Of a stretch of DNA of 64,000 bases, positions 1-9,950 are shown piece by piece (position 1 is the stretch's first letter; the number at the start of each line of letters is the position of its first letter). The notes below the pieces were generated by a model. The model was not told the origin of the DNA and searched no databases. It saw nothing but the letters and a program-made list of their open reading frames with translations. Source of the stretch: an uncultured Clostridia bacterium. GTDB lineage: Bacteria; Bacillota; Clostridia; Christensenellales; DTU072. The position numbers and the translations under genes were made by a program. Location of the stretch: assembly GCA_944371785.1 (NCBI GenBank), contig CALVXZ010000002.1:3033-67032 (forward strand), read 5' to 3'.

Positions 1-97
1 CCTTCGCGTTGTAATCCCTTAAACCGTTTACGAGAGCTCTTTTCGATATCCCTTTTCCGGAAGCGAATATGATCGCCTCAATTATATCCGTCAGCAT
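1..97 (-). CDS. scpB: Segregation and condensation protein B (ScpB), N-terminal fragment; the gene continues beyond the left edge
   Basis: Minus-strand translation from the ATG at 97 gives MLTDIIEAIIFASGKGISKRALVNGLRDYNAK. This carries the EAxxFxSG N-terminal signature of ScpB. The start overlaps the 3' end of scpA, as in scpA-scpB operons. Confidence 0.55.
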   Translation of the reverse strand, partial: MLTDIIEAIIFASGKGISKRALVNGLRDYNAK

Positions 98-968
98 CCG
101 TGAATGCGTCCTCCTCAAAGTTAAATTTATCCGTATCCGGACGGTGAGTCAGGTAAACTTCGCCGAAGCCTTCTTCCTGCATAACCTCGGTCACCTGTTT
201 TTTGACCAGCTCCAACACCGCCAGGAAAGTATTGATTATCTCCAATTTCGAATATCCTTCTTCTATAAGTTCGTCCAAAGTCAGCTTTCCGCGTTCCCTC
301 AGCGCCTGTACGATCGCGATCATTCTGTCGGAAACGGAGAATCTTTCCTTCGGAATCATCTTTTCGGGGGAAGCCTTTTCGCGTATCTCCGCGTTTTCAA
401 GCATCTGTACGAACGCTTGTATCAGCTTATCCAAAGAAAAGTTTTTGATGACCAATTTATAATCGTCTTCTGAAAAAACGGGTTCGCGGTAGAATCTGTT
501 CAGTCTTTCCATTTCGCCGAGTTTTTCGGAAGCTTCGCGGAGCATCTTGTATTCGTTGACTCTTGCAATGAAAATTTCCTGGTTTATGTATTCGTCTTCC
601 TCGTAATCGTCCTCGAACACGGGCGGCCGCGGCAGCAACGATCCCGATTTAAGCAGCAACAGAGTCGCCGCCAGCACCAAAAAACCGCATATTTCGTCGT
701 AGTCCTTGTCCTCGGCTTGTAAGGACGAAACGTAGCTGAGGTACTGATCTGTTATTTTCGAAACGAATATATCCTTTATATCCACGCGTTCTTTTTTGCA
801 CATATCCAACAGAACGTCCAAAGCGACGTCCTCGTCGTACAAATGGTAACTGAGCGACGAAAACGCGGAACCTTCCGAGCCTTCCTCGGAAGCCGTCCCC
901 GTATCTTCTTCGGGCATTATATCGGACAGATCCGATAAATTTTTGATTTCTTCGAAGTTTTCGTCCAT
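78..968 (-). CDS. scpA: Segregation and condensation protein A (ScpA, kleisin)
   Basis: 296-aa ORF with an acidic N-terminus followed by LYDEDVALDVLLDMCKKERVDIKDIFVSKITDQYL, typical of ScpA. It is followed by scpB. Confidence 0.85.
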   Translation of the reverse strand: MDENFEEIKNLSDLSDIMPEEDTGTASEEGSEGSAFSSLSYHLYDEDVALDVLLDMCKKERVDIKDIFVSKITDQYLSYVSSLQAEDKDYDEICGFLVLAATLLLLKSGSLLPRPPVFEDDYEEDEYINQEIFIARVNEYKMLREASEKLGEMERLNRFYREPVFSEDDYKLVIKNFSLDKLIQAFVQMLENAEIREKASPEKMIPKERFSVSDRMIAIVQALRERGKLTLDELIEEGYSKLEIINTFLAVLELVKKQVTEVMQEEGFGEVYLTHRPDTDKFNFEEDAFTDADGYN

Positions 969-970
969 TT

Positions 971-1678
971 TTACACCTGCAGGAAAATGCTCAGCGAAGC
1001 CCTTTCCGTCAAATCGAGAAGTTTGTTAATCACGGAATTGAACATTCCGAATATGTCCAGATACCACAGATTCAGCATATCGAACACGTTGGAAAGCAGG
1101 ATATATCCCAACAAAATCCACGTTCCGTAACGCACCATAAAATTGCGGAACCCGACGGCTTTCGGGAAAAGCGTGGCTATTATGTTGTATCCGTCCAAAG
1201 GGTAAACCGGAAGCAAATTGAACAGCGCCAGCATAAATCCGAAGATCACCGAAAATTCCAAAAAGTATCTGACGAAATATTGCAAATAAACGATCGCCGC
1301 GTTTCCGGAAAACGCGACGTACAGCATGGGCATCAGCAAAAACAGCAACAACAGCCCCAAACCGGACATCAGAAGGTTCATCGTTACGCCGGCGGCGGAA
1401 ACGGTCAGCATTCCGCGTTTGTAATTAGTAAAGTTATCGGAATTTATCGGCACCGGTTTCGCCCAACCGAACCCGACCAGGAGCATCATCAAAAGCCCTA
1501 TCGGATCGAAATGTTTCGCGGGGTTCAGCGTAAGTCTGCCGGCGAGTTTCGCCGTATAATCGCCGTTCAGCTTTGCCACGTAGGCGTGAGAAAATTCGTG
1601 CATGACTATTGCCGCCACCGCGGCAAGCACGAACGCCAGGATCAGTACTATTTTGACGACGAAATCGCCGTCGGTCAT
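971..1678 (-). CDS. Site-2 protease family (peptidase M50) membrane metalloprotease
   Basis: HEFSHAYVA (HExxH) lies in a TM helix, and NLLPVYPLDGYN supplies the second metal-ligand motif. Start set to the ATG at 1678 (MTDGDFVVKIVLILAF...); the upstream part of the ORF is an AT-rich leader. The stop is 2 nt from the scpA start. Confidence 0.8.
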   Translation of the reverse strand: MTDGDFVVKIVLILAFVLAAVAAIVMHEFSHAYVAKLNGDYTAKLAGRLTLNPAKHFDPIGLLMMLLVGFGWAKPVPINSDNFTNYKRGMLTVSAAGVTMNLLMSGLGLLLLFLLMPMLYVAFSGNAAIVYLQYFVRYFLEFSVIFGFMLALFNLLPVYPLDGYNIIATLFPKAVGFRNFMVRYGTWILLGYILLSNVFDMLNLWYLDIFGMFNSVINKLLDLTERASLSIFLQV

Positions 1679-1736
1679 TAAAACTTGGTAAATAAACATA
1701 TGTTGCGCAACTTGCAGAATTCTTATCTGCGTTTTT

Positions 1737-1765
1737 ATTATATATATATTTATTAGTGCCGTCAA
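1737..1765 (-). promoter_or_regulatory. Sigma-A type promoter for the M50-scpA-scpB operon
   Basis: The minus strand reads TTGACG, 17 nt, TATAAT (-35 at 1765-1760, -10 at 1742-1737). Confidence 0.45.
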
Positions 1766-1851
1766 TACCGAGCCTGTTGTTTTACTTATTTTTTCATTTA
1801 ATTAAAAATTTAAATTCGTTTGCGTCTGAATAAAAGAATTTTGCAAATTGC

Positions 1852-1890
1852 ACAAATAAAAGCGAAAGCCCGCATTTTACGCGGGCTTTC
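1852..1890 (-). terminator. Rho-independent terminator after the carboxypeptidase gene
   Basis: Perfect 10-bp stem GAAAGCCCGC/GCGGGCTTTC (1864-1890) with a 7-nt loop, followed on the minus strand by a T-rich run. Confidence 0.6.
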
Positions 1891-1910
1891 CGTCAGAAAC
1901 GTTGATCCGG

Positions 1911-3131
1911 TTAAAATCCCATAAACCAATTTTCGATGATTTTCCTCAAGGAATCCTCGTAGCTCATCTTTTCGACGTCTTTCGTCAATACCAAAGCCGC
2001 TTCGCACTTAACGTCTTTCGTCACGTTGGATATCAATCTGGCGACGCCGACCTTTTCGCCCGATTTCATCGGAGCTTTCAGGTTATTAAAAATTTCTATT
2101 TCAACGGTATATTCCCCCTTTTCGCCGCGCTTTTCCAACACGCTGAGATCGGATACGGCTGCGACTTCGATCACGTCTTCGCGCGCGCCTTTTACCGATG
2201 CGTCCACCGTTACGGATTCGCCTTTTTTAAGGTAGCAAACCGAATCGTAATTCGCAAACGCGTAATTGAACAGCGCGGAAACTTCCTTGTTCCTGACGGC
2301 GGAGCTTTCGGCGCCCAAGACCGTTGCGATCACGCGTAAGCCTTTTCTTTCGGCGGTGGCGGACAGACAATACATCGCGTCGGAAGTAAATCCGGTTTTT
2401 CCGCCGTCGCAGCCTTTATAGAATCTGACAAGTTTGTTAGTGTTGACAAGTTCCGATATCCTGCCGCCGGGATGCGTGAAATTTTCCATATAAATCTTCG
2501 AATAATCGAAATATACGGGGTGTTTTATCAAATAAGAAAGCATTCCCGTAACGTCCGCCGCGGTAGAATACTGACCTTCTCCCGGCAATCCCGTGACGTT
2601 TACGAACCGGGTGTTTTGCAATCCTAGTTCGGCGGCTTTTTCGTTCATCATCTCTACGAAAGCCTCTTTAGAACCTGCCACCTCTTCCGCAAGCGCAACC
2701 GAAGCGTCGTTCGCCGAAGCCACGACCACGCCTTTTATGAGATCTTCGATCTTATAGGTGCTTCCCGCGTCCAAAAACATCTGCGAACCGCCCATAGATG
2801 CCGCTTCTTCGCTGACGGTGACCTCCTTATCCACGGAAAGGTTACCTTTTTCTATCTCGTCGAAAACCAACGATAACGTCATTATTTTTACCATACTTGC
2901 TATGGGATATCTGTCGTCTGCGTTTCTTTCGAACAACACCTCTCCGGAATCGTAGTCTATAAGATATGCGGAACGCGACGAGTAGTCGGACAAAGCTTTT
3001 TCGCCTTTGGCGCAAGCGACGTTACCCGACGCAAACAGAGCAAAAACCGTTACCGAAAAAGCAAATAAGCCGATAAAAAGCGGCAATTTGCCGAAAACGG
3101 AAATAAGTTTCGATTTTTTCATAATACTCAC
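1911..3131 (-). CDS. D-alanyl-D-alanine carboxypeptidase (low-MW PBP, peptidase S11)
   Basis: Signal peptide, SMVKIMT (SxxK) and SANDA (SxN) motifs, and an overall PBP5/DacB/DacF-like length. Confidence 0.85.
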   Translation of the reverse strand: MSIMKKSKLISVFGKLPLFIGLFAFSVTVFALFASGNVACAKGEKALSDYSSRSAYLIDYDSGEVLFERNADDRYPIASMVKIMTLSLVFDEIEKGNLSVDKEVTVSEEAASMGGSQMFLDAGSTYKIEDLIKGVVVASANDASVALAEEVAGSKEAFVEMMNEKAAELGLQNTRFVNVTGLPGEGQYSTAADVTGMLSYLIKHPVYFDYSKIYMENFTHPGGRISELVNTNKLVRFYKGCDGGKTGFTSDAMYCLSATAERKGLRVIATVLGAESSAVRNKEVSALFNYAFANYDSVCYLKKGESVTVDASVKGAREDVIEVAAVSDLSVLEKRGEKGEYTVEIEIFNNLKAPMKSGEKVGVARLISNVTKDVKCEAALVLTKDVEKMSYEDSLRKIIENWFMGF

Positions 3132-3227
3132 CTCGAACTTAGTTTCCGTAACGGCAACGCTTTTATTCGTAAAAATTGATATCGGATGCGGTTTCCCCGA
3201 TTTCGGAATTTTTCGAACAACATCCGA

Positions 3228-3869
3228 TTATTTGGCGAAAAACAGCAATATCAGATAAAATATCAGCCAATACGATATGACGATTATCGCATTCAGGAAC
3301 AATATCGGTTTGAATTTGCTCCAAAGCGCGGCGGCGTTGCATTTTAAAGGAAGACGGCTTTTCCCCCTGCCCGACGACAGAACGACGGGTTTGATTTCTA
3401 TCGAAAGCACGGTAAAACAGATAAGTCCCACGCACGCCAAAGGGATAACGTACAGGATCAGATATATCAAACCCGTCGTCGCCTGGACCGCGACAGCCGC
3501 AAAAGCGCGCCTGAAAATAATATAAGAAGCCACTCCGGGTCCTATGTATACTGCCGCATAATAAGTATAAACCGTCGCGGTACTTATAAATAGACCGCCG
3601 TAAACCGCCGAAAGACATAAAATTATACGCAAAAATTCGGGAATCGGCGAAGTCGAACCTTCGCAAACGGCAAACACGAAATTATTCGTCGTCGTGGCCG
3701 AGGAATAATCGAAAGCCAGCGCAGCCAGAACGCCCAGCGCAAACGAACCGACGATCAGATAAAAGTGATACTTGTTTGCCGAAATGTTGCTTTTCAGATC
3801 GCAGAACAGCTCTTTTATGTAACAGCCGAGTTTTGCCAACATACTCAAAAATATGCGCTTTCTCGGCAA
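3228..3869 (-). CDS. Polytopic membrane protein of unknown function (weakly SpoIIM-like architecture)
   Basis: 213-aa ORF with about 5 hydrophobic helices, immediately downstream of spoIVB. No diagnostic motif recognised. Confidence 0.45.
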   Translation of the reverse strand: MPRKRIFLSMLAKLGCYIKELFCDLKSNISANKYHFYLIVGSFALGVLAALAFDYSSATTTNNFVFAVCEGSTSPIPEFLRIILCLSAVYGGLFISTATVYTYYAAVYIGPGVASYIIFRRAFAAVAVQATTGLIYLILYVIPLACVGLICFTVLSIEIKPVVLSSGRGKSRLPLKCNAAALWSKFKPILFLNAIIVISYWLIFYLILLFFAK

Positions 3870-3885
3870 ATTATGCTTTTATGCT

Positions 3886-4932
3886 TCAGCCTATTTTCAG
3901 CCACTCCGCATAGATTCCGTAACCGAGTACGGGATCGTTTATGAAAACGTGGGTGACGGCTCCGACCAATTTACCGTTCTGCACTATCGGAGACCCCGAC
4001 ATTCCCTGAACGATACCGCCGGCGGCGTCTTTCAGTTCGGGATCGGTCACTCTTATCACCATACTTTTTACGTCCGGTGATTTCTGTCCCGAAAGAGTGA
4101 CGATCTCTATATCGTATTCGTTCGGTTCGTCGCCGGAAAGAGTGGTGTAAACCGTAGCGCTGCCGGGCATGACACCGGAAGAATCCAAAGCTATCTTCGG
4201 TCTGTTTGAATAAAAGTTTTTGTCGGTAATTTTACCGTAGATTCCGAAATCTGTATTCTTTTCAATTACTCCGATCGGGTCGGAATTAGGATTGAAAGTG
4301 CCTTTCAGAGATCCCGGTTCGCCCTTTTGGCTTTTGTGAACGCTCAGAATCCTGCAATCGAAAAACCTGCCCGTTTCATACAAACCTTTGCTGTCGTCGG
4401 AGTCGGAGATCCTGTGTCCCAGAGTGCAAATATCGCCGTTTTCTTTGACGAAACTAACCGTTCCGACGCCGCTGATACCGTCCTTTACGATAAGCCCTAT
4501 CTTCGGCGTGCCCGTGGCGGAATCCAATGCCGGCGTGATCATTCCCGTGATCTCCTTTCCGTTCCTTATCGCCTTGAAACCGACGGATCCTTCGGCGTTT
4601 TTAACGGCTTCGGAGATATCGGAAACCTTTTTTAACCGCATACCGTTTAATTCGGTAAGGAGATCGCCCTTTTTTATCCCGGCGTCTTTTGCCGGCGTAG
4701 CCGTTCCGTCCTTTGTGACTATGACGACGAAATCTTTGGCGACCGGTGCCGCGGAATCCAGATCCAGCCCTATCGGCATACCGCCGAGATATACCAATTC
4801 GGTATCGGATTCGGCGTAAGCTTTTACGGAAACGGAAGAGAATGCGAAACAAGCGCAGGATAGAACGATGATCGCGAAAAGTGACAAAATTATCGGCACG
4901 TACTTTACGCCGTGCCGTCTGAATACAAACAT
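3886..4932 (-). CDS. spoIVB: Stage IV sporulation protein B (SpoIVB, S55 signalling peptidase)
   Basis: N-terminal TM segment, a PDZ-like segment (GIKKGDLLTELNG), and the C-terminal GMSGSPIVQNGKLVGAVTHVF serine-protease motif. It sits next to recN, as in Bacillus and Clostridium. Confidence 0.85.
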   Translation of the reverse strand: MFVFRRHGVKYVPIILSLFAIIVLSCACFAFSSVSVKAYAESDTELVYLGGMPIGLDLDSAAPVAKDFVVIVTKDGTATPAKDAGIKKGDLLTELNGMRLKKVSDISEAVKNAEGSVGFKAIRNGKEITGMITPALDSATGTPKIGLIVKDGISGVGTVSFVKENGDICTLGHRISDSDDSKGLYETGRFFDCRILSVHKSQKGEPGSLKGTFNPNSDPIGVIEKNTDFGIYGKITDKNFYSNRPKIALDSSGVMPGSATVYTTLSGDEPNEYDIEIVTLSGQKSPDVKSMVIRVTDPELKDAAGGIVQGMSGSPIVQNGKLVGAVTHVFINDPVLGYGIYAEWLKIG

Positions 4933-5039
4933 GGCAAATACCTCTCCTAAACGCTATTTTGCGTCCTTTGAGTGTTAATATTCGCCTTCGAGTATTCTAA
5001 ATTAAGGTAATTTATAAAGTAGTCACAAAATTAAATCGC

Positions 5040-6743
5040 CTATTTTATAGACTTTTTATAATTATCTGCCCACTTTTTCAACTCTTTTGCATTTTCTACA
5101 GACAACGCGTCCGGCCCAACCGCGCCCATCAGTCTGACCACCTCGGAAACCTCTCCCGATTTGTCCAGACGGGATATTTCCGTAAACGTGTGCCCTTCTC
5201 TTTCGTGCTTTTCTATCAGATAATGTATATCGGCCATTGCGCCCAGCTGTGCAAGGTGGGTCACGGCGACCACCTGCCGCGTCACGGAAATTTCCGCAAG
5301 CTTCATAGCAACGACCATCGCGATCTTTCCGGATATCCCGGTATCGATTTCGTCGAAAACCAAGGTGTCGATGTCTTCCAATTCCGCGGTAACTCTTTTC
5401 AGCCCCAGCATAAATCGCGAAGCTTCGCCGCCCGACGCGATCTTCGCCAACGGCTTTAACGGTTCTCCGAGGTTCGGCGATATCAAAAATCTGACGGTAT
5501 CATATCCGTTTTCGGATAATCCGCTGCCGTCGCTTTCGGGTTCGTCCGCGTTTACCTCTACTTTAAACGCGGCGTTTTTCATTCCGAGATCTTTCAGGTT
5601 GGAGGTGATCGCTTGCGCAAATTTTTCCGCCGCGGCGGCTCTGGCCGCGTGCAATTCGCCGGCAAGCCTGATCGCCTCGGAAAGCGATCCCTCGGCTTCG
5701 GCTTTCAATTCGGCTATGGTTTCTTCGGCGTTTTCAAGCTCCGAAAGCTCTTTTTCGGCTTTTTCCAGATATTCCGGCAATGTTTCGGGGGCGCCGTAGC
5801 GGCGTTTTATCCGCCTTACGTCCTCCAGACGCTTGTCGACGGCTTCGGCTTCCGCCGGGTCCATATCCAACGATTCGGCTTCGGCTTTCAGTGCGGAGGA
5901 AATATCGTCCAATTCCGTCGACACGCTCTCTAAACGATCCGAAAATGCAGAAAAATCGGCAAAACGATCCATTGCGCCCAATTCCCTAAGCGCGTATCTG
6001 ACGGCGTTCAGCGCGCCGAAACCTTCGTCGGATCCTTCCAACAGAGTCAGCGTCGCCTGTATCCCGGACGCTAATCTTTCGGCGTTTCTTGCCTTCAGCC
6101 GCCTTTGGAGCAGTTCTTCTTCTTCGCCTTCTTTCGGATCCACGCTTCGTATTTCATCTATTTCGAAACGCAGCATTTCCGTTTTGCGCTCGCGTTCGGC
6201 GGCGTTTCCGAAATCGGACAGTCTGTCCGTAGCTTCCTTAAACGCGCGGAACGCTTTTTTATAAGCTGCCGAAAGCGCGTCTTCGCCGCCTTTCGTGCGG
6301 AATTTATCCAATATCCCCAAATGAAAGCTTTCGTCCAAAGCCATACGGCTTTCGTGTTGGGAATGCACGGATACCAGGCGCGCCATAACTTTCCTGAGTT
6401 GTTGGACGGTGACGGGCACGTTGTTGATCCTGGCGTCGCCGCGGCCGTTGTCGTACATCGTCCTCCTGACCGTGACCACTTCGTCGGAATCTATGCCGAG
6501 TTCATCCAATATCGCTTTCGAAGCGCCTTTTTTATCCCAAAAGGTTACCGCTACCGCGGCGGAATTTTCGCCGTGGCTTATCAGGCTCCTGTCGGCGCGG
6601 TCGCCCAACACGAAATTCAGGGAATCGATTATTATCGATTTCCCCGCGCCGGTTTCGCCCGTCAGAACGTTCAGCCCTTCGCCCAATTCAAGCTCCAATT
6701 CCTTTATGAGCGCGATATTTTTTACGTATAAATTGGTTATCAT
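5040..6743 (-). CDS. recN: DNA repair protein RecN
   Basis: 567 aa with the Walker A motif GETGAGKSIIIDSL, long coiled coils, and the C-terminal SGGE signature with FDEIDTGISG. Confidence 0.9.
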   Translation of the reverse strand: MITNLYVKNIALIKELELELGEGLNVLTGETGAGKSIIIDSLNFVLGDRADRSLISHGENSAAVAVTFWDKKGASKAILDELGIDSDEVVTVRRTMYDNGRGDARINNVPVTVQQLRKVMARLVSVHSQHESRMALDESFHLGILDKFRTKGGEDALSAAYKKAFRAFKEATDRLSDFGNAAERERKTEMLRFEIDEIRSVDPKEGEEEELLQRRLKARNAERLASGIQATLTLLEGSDEGFGALNAVRYALRELGAMDRFADFSAFSDRLESVSTELDDISSALKAEAESLDMDPAEAEAVDKRLEDVRRIKRRYGAPETLPEYLEKAEKELSELENAEETIAELKAEAEGSLSEAIRLAGELHAARAAAAEKFAQAITSNLKDLGMKNAAFKVEVNADEPESDGSGLSENGYDTVRFLISPNLGEPLKPLAKIASGGEASRFMLGLKRVTAELEDIDTLVFDEIDTGISGKIAMVVAMKLAEISVTRQVVAVTHLAQLGAMADIHYLIEKHEREGHTFTEISRLDKSGEVSEVVRLMGAVGPDALSVENAKELKKWADNYKKSIK

Positions 6744-7213
6744 TTCGTTAAAGAACCGATTTCTTTTAACTTATTCGCAATTTCTGCCGTTTTTTGTTTA
6801 TCCTTAATTATTATCAAGATCGTGTCGTCCCCGGCTATGGAGCCCATAACGGACTCTTCCTTCAGTTCGTCTATAAGCGAAGCCGCGGTATTTGCCGAAC
6901 CCGAAATGGTGTGTACGACGATGAAATTTTCGCTGTAGTCGATTTTCACAACCGATTCGCTGAAAAGCGTCATCAGCTTTTGGATCTTCGGGTCGGGAGG
7001 CATAACGTATCTGAAGCCTCCGCCCGGCTGAGCCTCTTTGACCAGTCCCAATTCCTGGATATCCCTTGAAACGGTGGCTTGCGTCGCCTGGAAACCGGCG
7101 CGGATCAGAAAATCGACTATCTCGCGCTGAGTGCCTATTCCCGCCTCGGTTACGGCGATCTTGATGTAATTTTTCCTGTCCGCCTTCGATGAAGACGATT
7201 TATCGCGCGTCAT
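6740..7213 (-). CDS. argR: Arginine repressor ArgR/AhrC
   Basis: 157 aa with the winged-helix segment QREIVDFLIRAGFQATQATVSRDIQELGLVK and the C-terminal oligomerisation motif GSIAGDDTILII. Confidence 0.85.
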   Translation of the reverse strand: MTRDKSSSSKADRKNYIKIAVTEAGIGTQREIVDFLIRAGFQATQATVSRDIQELGLVKEAQPGGGFRYVMPPDPKIQKLMTLFSESVVKIDYSENFIVVHTISGSANTAASLIDELKEESVMGSIAGDDTILIIIKDKQKTAEIANKLKEIGSLTK

Positions 7214-8076
7214 CGATTTCCCTCCTGTTCGTTATCGAAAGCGTTCCAATAACGCAATTTTTCAAACAATCTTTCGTAATAATTATATCCTTTCAATCTT
7301 ACGAAGCCTATCTTCAGATCGGAATGATTCACCGTCACGGAGTCGCCGTCTGCAAGATTTAAAACGTCTTCGCCGTCTATATTCAGGTGCGCGTGCGGTT
7401 CCGCGTGTTGGATCTCCAGCCAAATTTCGCTGTTATTGTTCACGACTATCGGGCGCGAATGCATAGAATGCGCGCTTATCGGAGTGACTACCAGGGCCTC
7501 GACGTCGGGAGCGACTATCGGACCGCCCGCCGAAAGGTTGTATGCCGTGCTGCCCGTAGGCGTCGAAACGATGACTCCGTCGGAAACGTATTTATCCATC
7601 AACGCGCCGTCGACGCGTACTTCGCATTTAACGACACGCGTGCGCGATCCGCGAGCGACGACGACTTCGTTAAGCGCGTAAAATTTGTTGCCTTTCGCGC
7701 GCGCTTCCAAAAAAGTGCGGGTATCTACGATATATTCGCCCTGCAGGACCTCTTTTATCATTCCGCGCACAAAGCCGGGTTTTTCGGATTCCGCCAAAAA
7801 ACCGCGGTGTCCGAGGTTCACCGAAAACAATTTGGCGTCCTGGCGCGCGCATTCTTTTGCGATACGCAGAATAGTACCGTCGCCGCCCAATACGACGACT
7901 ACGTCGGCTTCGCCCGCCAAAGCCATACGGCTGAGGTATTTGCCCGGGAGCCCCAACGTCCTCAATTCGTCGGAAAGCAGTATGTCTACGCCTTCTTTTT
8001 CGAGTTCTTCGTAAAGCCCTCTGGTGATCTTACCGCCGGTATCCCTGAATAAGTTTGCATAAATTCCTATCTTCAT
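7210..8076 (-). CDS. nadK: NAD kinase
   Basis: Contains the GGDGT motif (VVVLGGDGTILR) and TPTGSTAYNLSAGGPIV. Start set to the ATG at 8076 (MKIGIYAN...), the typical NadK N-terminus. Confidence 0.85.
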   Translation of the reverse strand: MKIGIYANLFRDTGGKITRGLYEELEKEGVDILLSDELRTLGLPGKYLSRMALAGEADVVVVLGGDGTILRIAKECARQDAKLFSVNLGHRGFLAESEKPGFVRGMIKEVLQGEYIVDTRTFLEARAKGNKFYALNEVVVARGSRTRVVKCEVRVDGALMDKYVSDGVIVSTPTGSTAYNLSAGGPIVAPDVEALVVTPISAHSMHSRPIVVNNNSEIWLEIQHAEPHAHLNIDGEDVLNLADGDSVTVNHSDLKIGFVRLKGYNYYERLFEKLRYWNAFDNEQEGNR

Positions 8077-8190
8077 AGACTCATTATAATATTTTTGGAA
8101 TCCGAAAGCAACAATATTTTTCGACAATATAAATTAAATAGTTAAAAAATTAAACTAATTTTACGCTTTGCAAATTATGAATAAAATTCC

Positions 8191-8235
8191 GAAAAAAACG
8201 CCCTTCGGCTGCGGTTAAGGCGCATTAACGGGCGT
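8191..8235 (-). terminator. Putative terminator after tlyA
   Basis: ACGCCC...GGGCGT stem enclosing a structured 26-nt loop, followed on the minus strand by T7. Confidence 0.4.
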
Positions 8236-8253
8236 AACGGAATGAAATTAGGA

Positions 8254-8976
8254 TCAGCCCTGACGAAACAGCGCGGTGAATTCTCGGTTTTTATCCTTGA
8301 AAAGTCTGGGGACTTCGATGACTCCGAAGTTTTTCAGACCTATCGACGCGGCGAAGGCCGTTACGTCCTCCACGGCTTTTATATAAAGTTTCGGGTTTTT
8401 CACTATGCCGGATTTAGTCAGAGCCGATTTCCCCAATTCGAACTGCGGTTTTATCAGCGCGATCAGCAAAGTCGACGGAGTCATAAACTGTATCAGAGCC
8501 GGCAAAATCAGCCTTAAGGATATAAAGGAAACGTCTACGGTGATCAGATCGGCTTTTATGCCTATGTCCTCGAAAGATATATATCGCGCGTTCAGCCTGT
8601 CTTTGACTTTCACGCGTTCGTCTTCGCGCATTTCCAGCGGCAGAGCGCACTCGCCGACGTCCACGCAGAACACTTTTTTCGCGCCGTCTTTTAACATAAC
8701 GTCGGTAAAACCGCCGTTGGAGGCTCCGATATCTATGCACACTTTTCCCGAAGCGGACAGACCGAATTTATCCAGCGCGTTTTTCAATTTCACGCCGCCC
8801 AAGGAAGAAAAAACCTCCCCTCGGTCCACGGTGACTTCCTGCCCCGGAGACACTTCGAAAGAAGGTTTTGTAACGACTGCGCCGTTTACGGACGCTTTCC
8901 CCGTAAGTATCAGATTCTTCGCGTTGGTGCGGCTTTCGGCAAGTCCCGTTCCGAACAGATAGTTGTCAAGTCTCAT
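8254..8976 (-). CDS. tlyA: TlyA-family rRNA 2'-O-methyltransferase (hemolysin A-like)
   Basis: N-terminal S4 domain (MRLDNYLFGTGLAESRTNAKNLI) and the FtsJ-type SAM motif VCIDIGASNGGFTD. Confidence 0.8.
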   Translation of the reverse strand: MRLDNYLFGTGLAESRTNAKNLILTGKASVNGAVVTKPSFEVSPGQEVTVDRGEVFSSLGGVKLKNALDKFGLSASGKVCIDIGASNGGFTDVMLKDGAKKVFCVDVGECALPLEMREDERVKVKDRLNARYISFEDIGIKADLITVDVSFISLRLILPALIQFMTPSTLLIALIKPQFELGKSALTKSGIVKNPKLYIKAVEDVTAFAASIGLKNFGVIEVPRLFKDKNREFTALFRQG

Positions 8977-9920
8977 TTGTTGCCGTGTGAATTAACCGTT
9001 TTCTGCGGCTTTTCCGCACTCTTCGAAGTCTTATCCGCGCTTTTTGAGGTATCTAACGACTTTGCGGACGCGGTTTCGTTGACCGATTTGTCGGTAGAAC
9101 CATCGGATTTGGAATTTTTATCGTGTTTTTGTTTTTGTTTCGCCTTCTCCTTCCTTTCTTTCGGGGAAAACACGCTCAGAAGGCGTGCGGCGAAAATTAT
9201 AAGTTCTTTCGAATTGTTGACGGCGACGTTTTTGAACATCGACTTACCGCCTACGGTCACCGCGCTGACGATACCGGAAACCAGAATGGATATCACCATA
9301 TTCAAAGTTTCGTTCATACCTTCGGTGATCTTCAAAACTATTGCAAGAGCGCACGCACCGGAAACGATGCCGCAGATATCGCCTATGACGTCGCAGCAGA
9401 TATTCGAAACGCGTTCGGCGTTCTTAACCAGCATGATCGCCTGTTTGCTTCCCGGCTCCTTCCTGGACGCCATGGCAAGCAGCGGCGCAAGATCGCACGA
9501 AGTCGCGGCTACGCCTATCGCGTCCGCCGCAATGGACAGAGCGATCAGGAAAAGCAGCAGGATTATCATTATGCTGAAATGCGCCTTTGTGGAAGCAAGT
9601 TCCGAAACAAACGAGAAAAAGCAGCTTAAAATCAAAGTGACCAGCGTTATCCTCAACGTCCAGACGGTACTTTTCTTCAAGCCTTTTTTTGCAGGCTTAT
9701 CGTGGACTTTTTTATCGCTTTTGCCGTCTTTTGAGGATAGATCTGAAACCGTTTTATCGGAATCGCCCGTCAATAAGTCGTTGTTTGCGGCGACTGCGTT
9801 TTTGCCGCGATCGGCATCTTCATCACGGACTGCGGGCAAGCCCTCCGCATCCGAAGCGGTGCCGTCCGACGAAATTTTACTATCAATCTGGTCAGCGTTA
9901 AAACCCATGTTTTCAGACAT
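8973..9920 (-). CDS. Small 4-TM membrane protein with low-complexity K/S/D-rich tails; positional equivalent of the OLE-associated protein OapA
   Basis: Four predicted TM helices lie in the central ~170 aa. The gene is immediately 3' of the structured RNA and 5' of tlyA (ATGA overlap). The identification is by context only. Confidence 0.5.
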   Translation of the reverse strand: MSENMGFNADQIDSKISSDGTASDAEGLPAVRDEDADRGKNAVAANNDLLTGDSDKTVSDLSSKDGKSDKKVHDKPAKKGLKKSTVWTLRITLVTLILSCFFSFVSELASTKAHFSIMIILLLFLIALSIAADAIGVAATSCDLAPLLAMASRKEPGSKQAIMLVKNAERVSNICCDVIGDICGIVSGACALAIVLKITEGMNETLNMVISILVSGIVSAVTVGGKSMFKNVAVNNSKELIIFAARLLSVFSPKERKEKAKQKQKHDKNSKSDGSTDKSVNETASAKSLDTSKSADKTSKSAEKPQKTVNSHGNK

Positions 9921-9950
9921 TTCCGTTAAAATATACAAAATTAATGGAAT

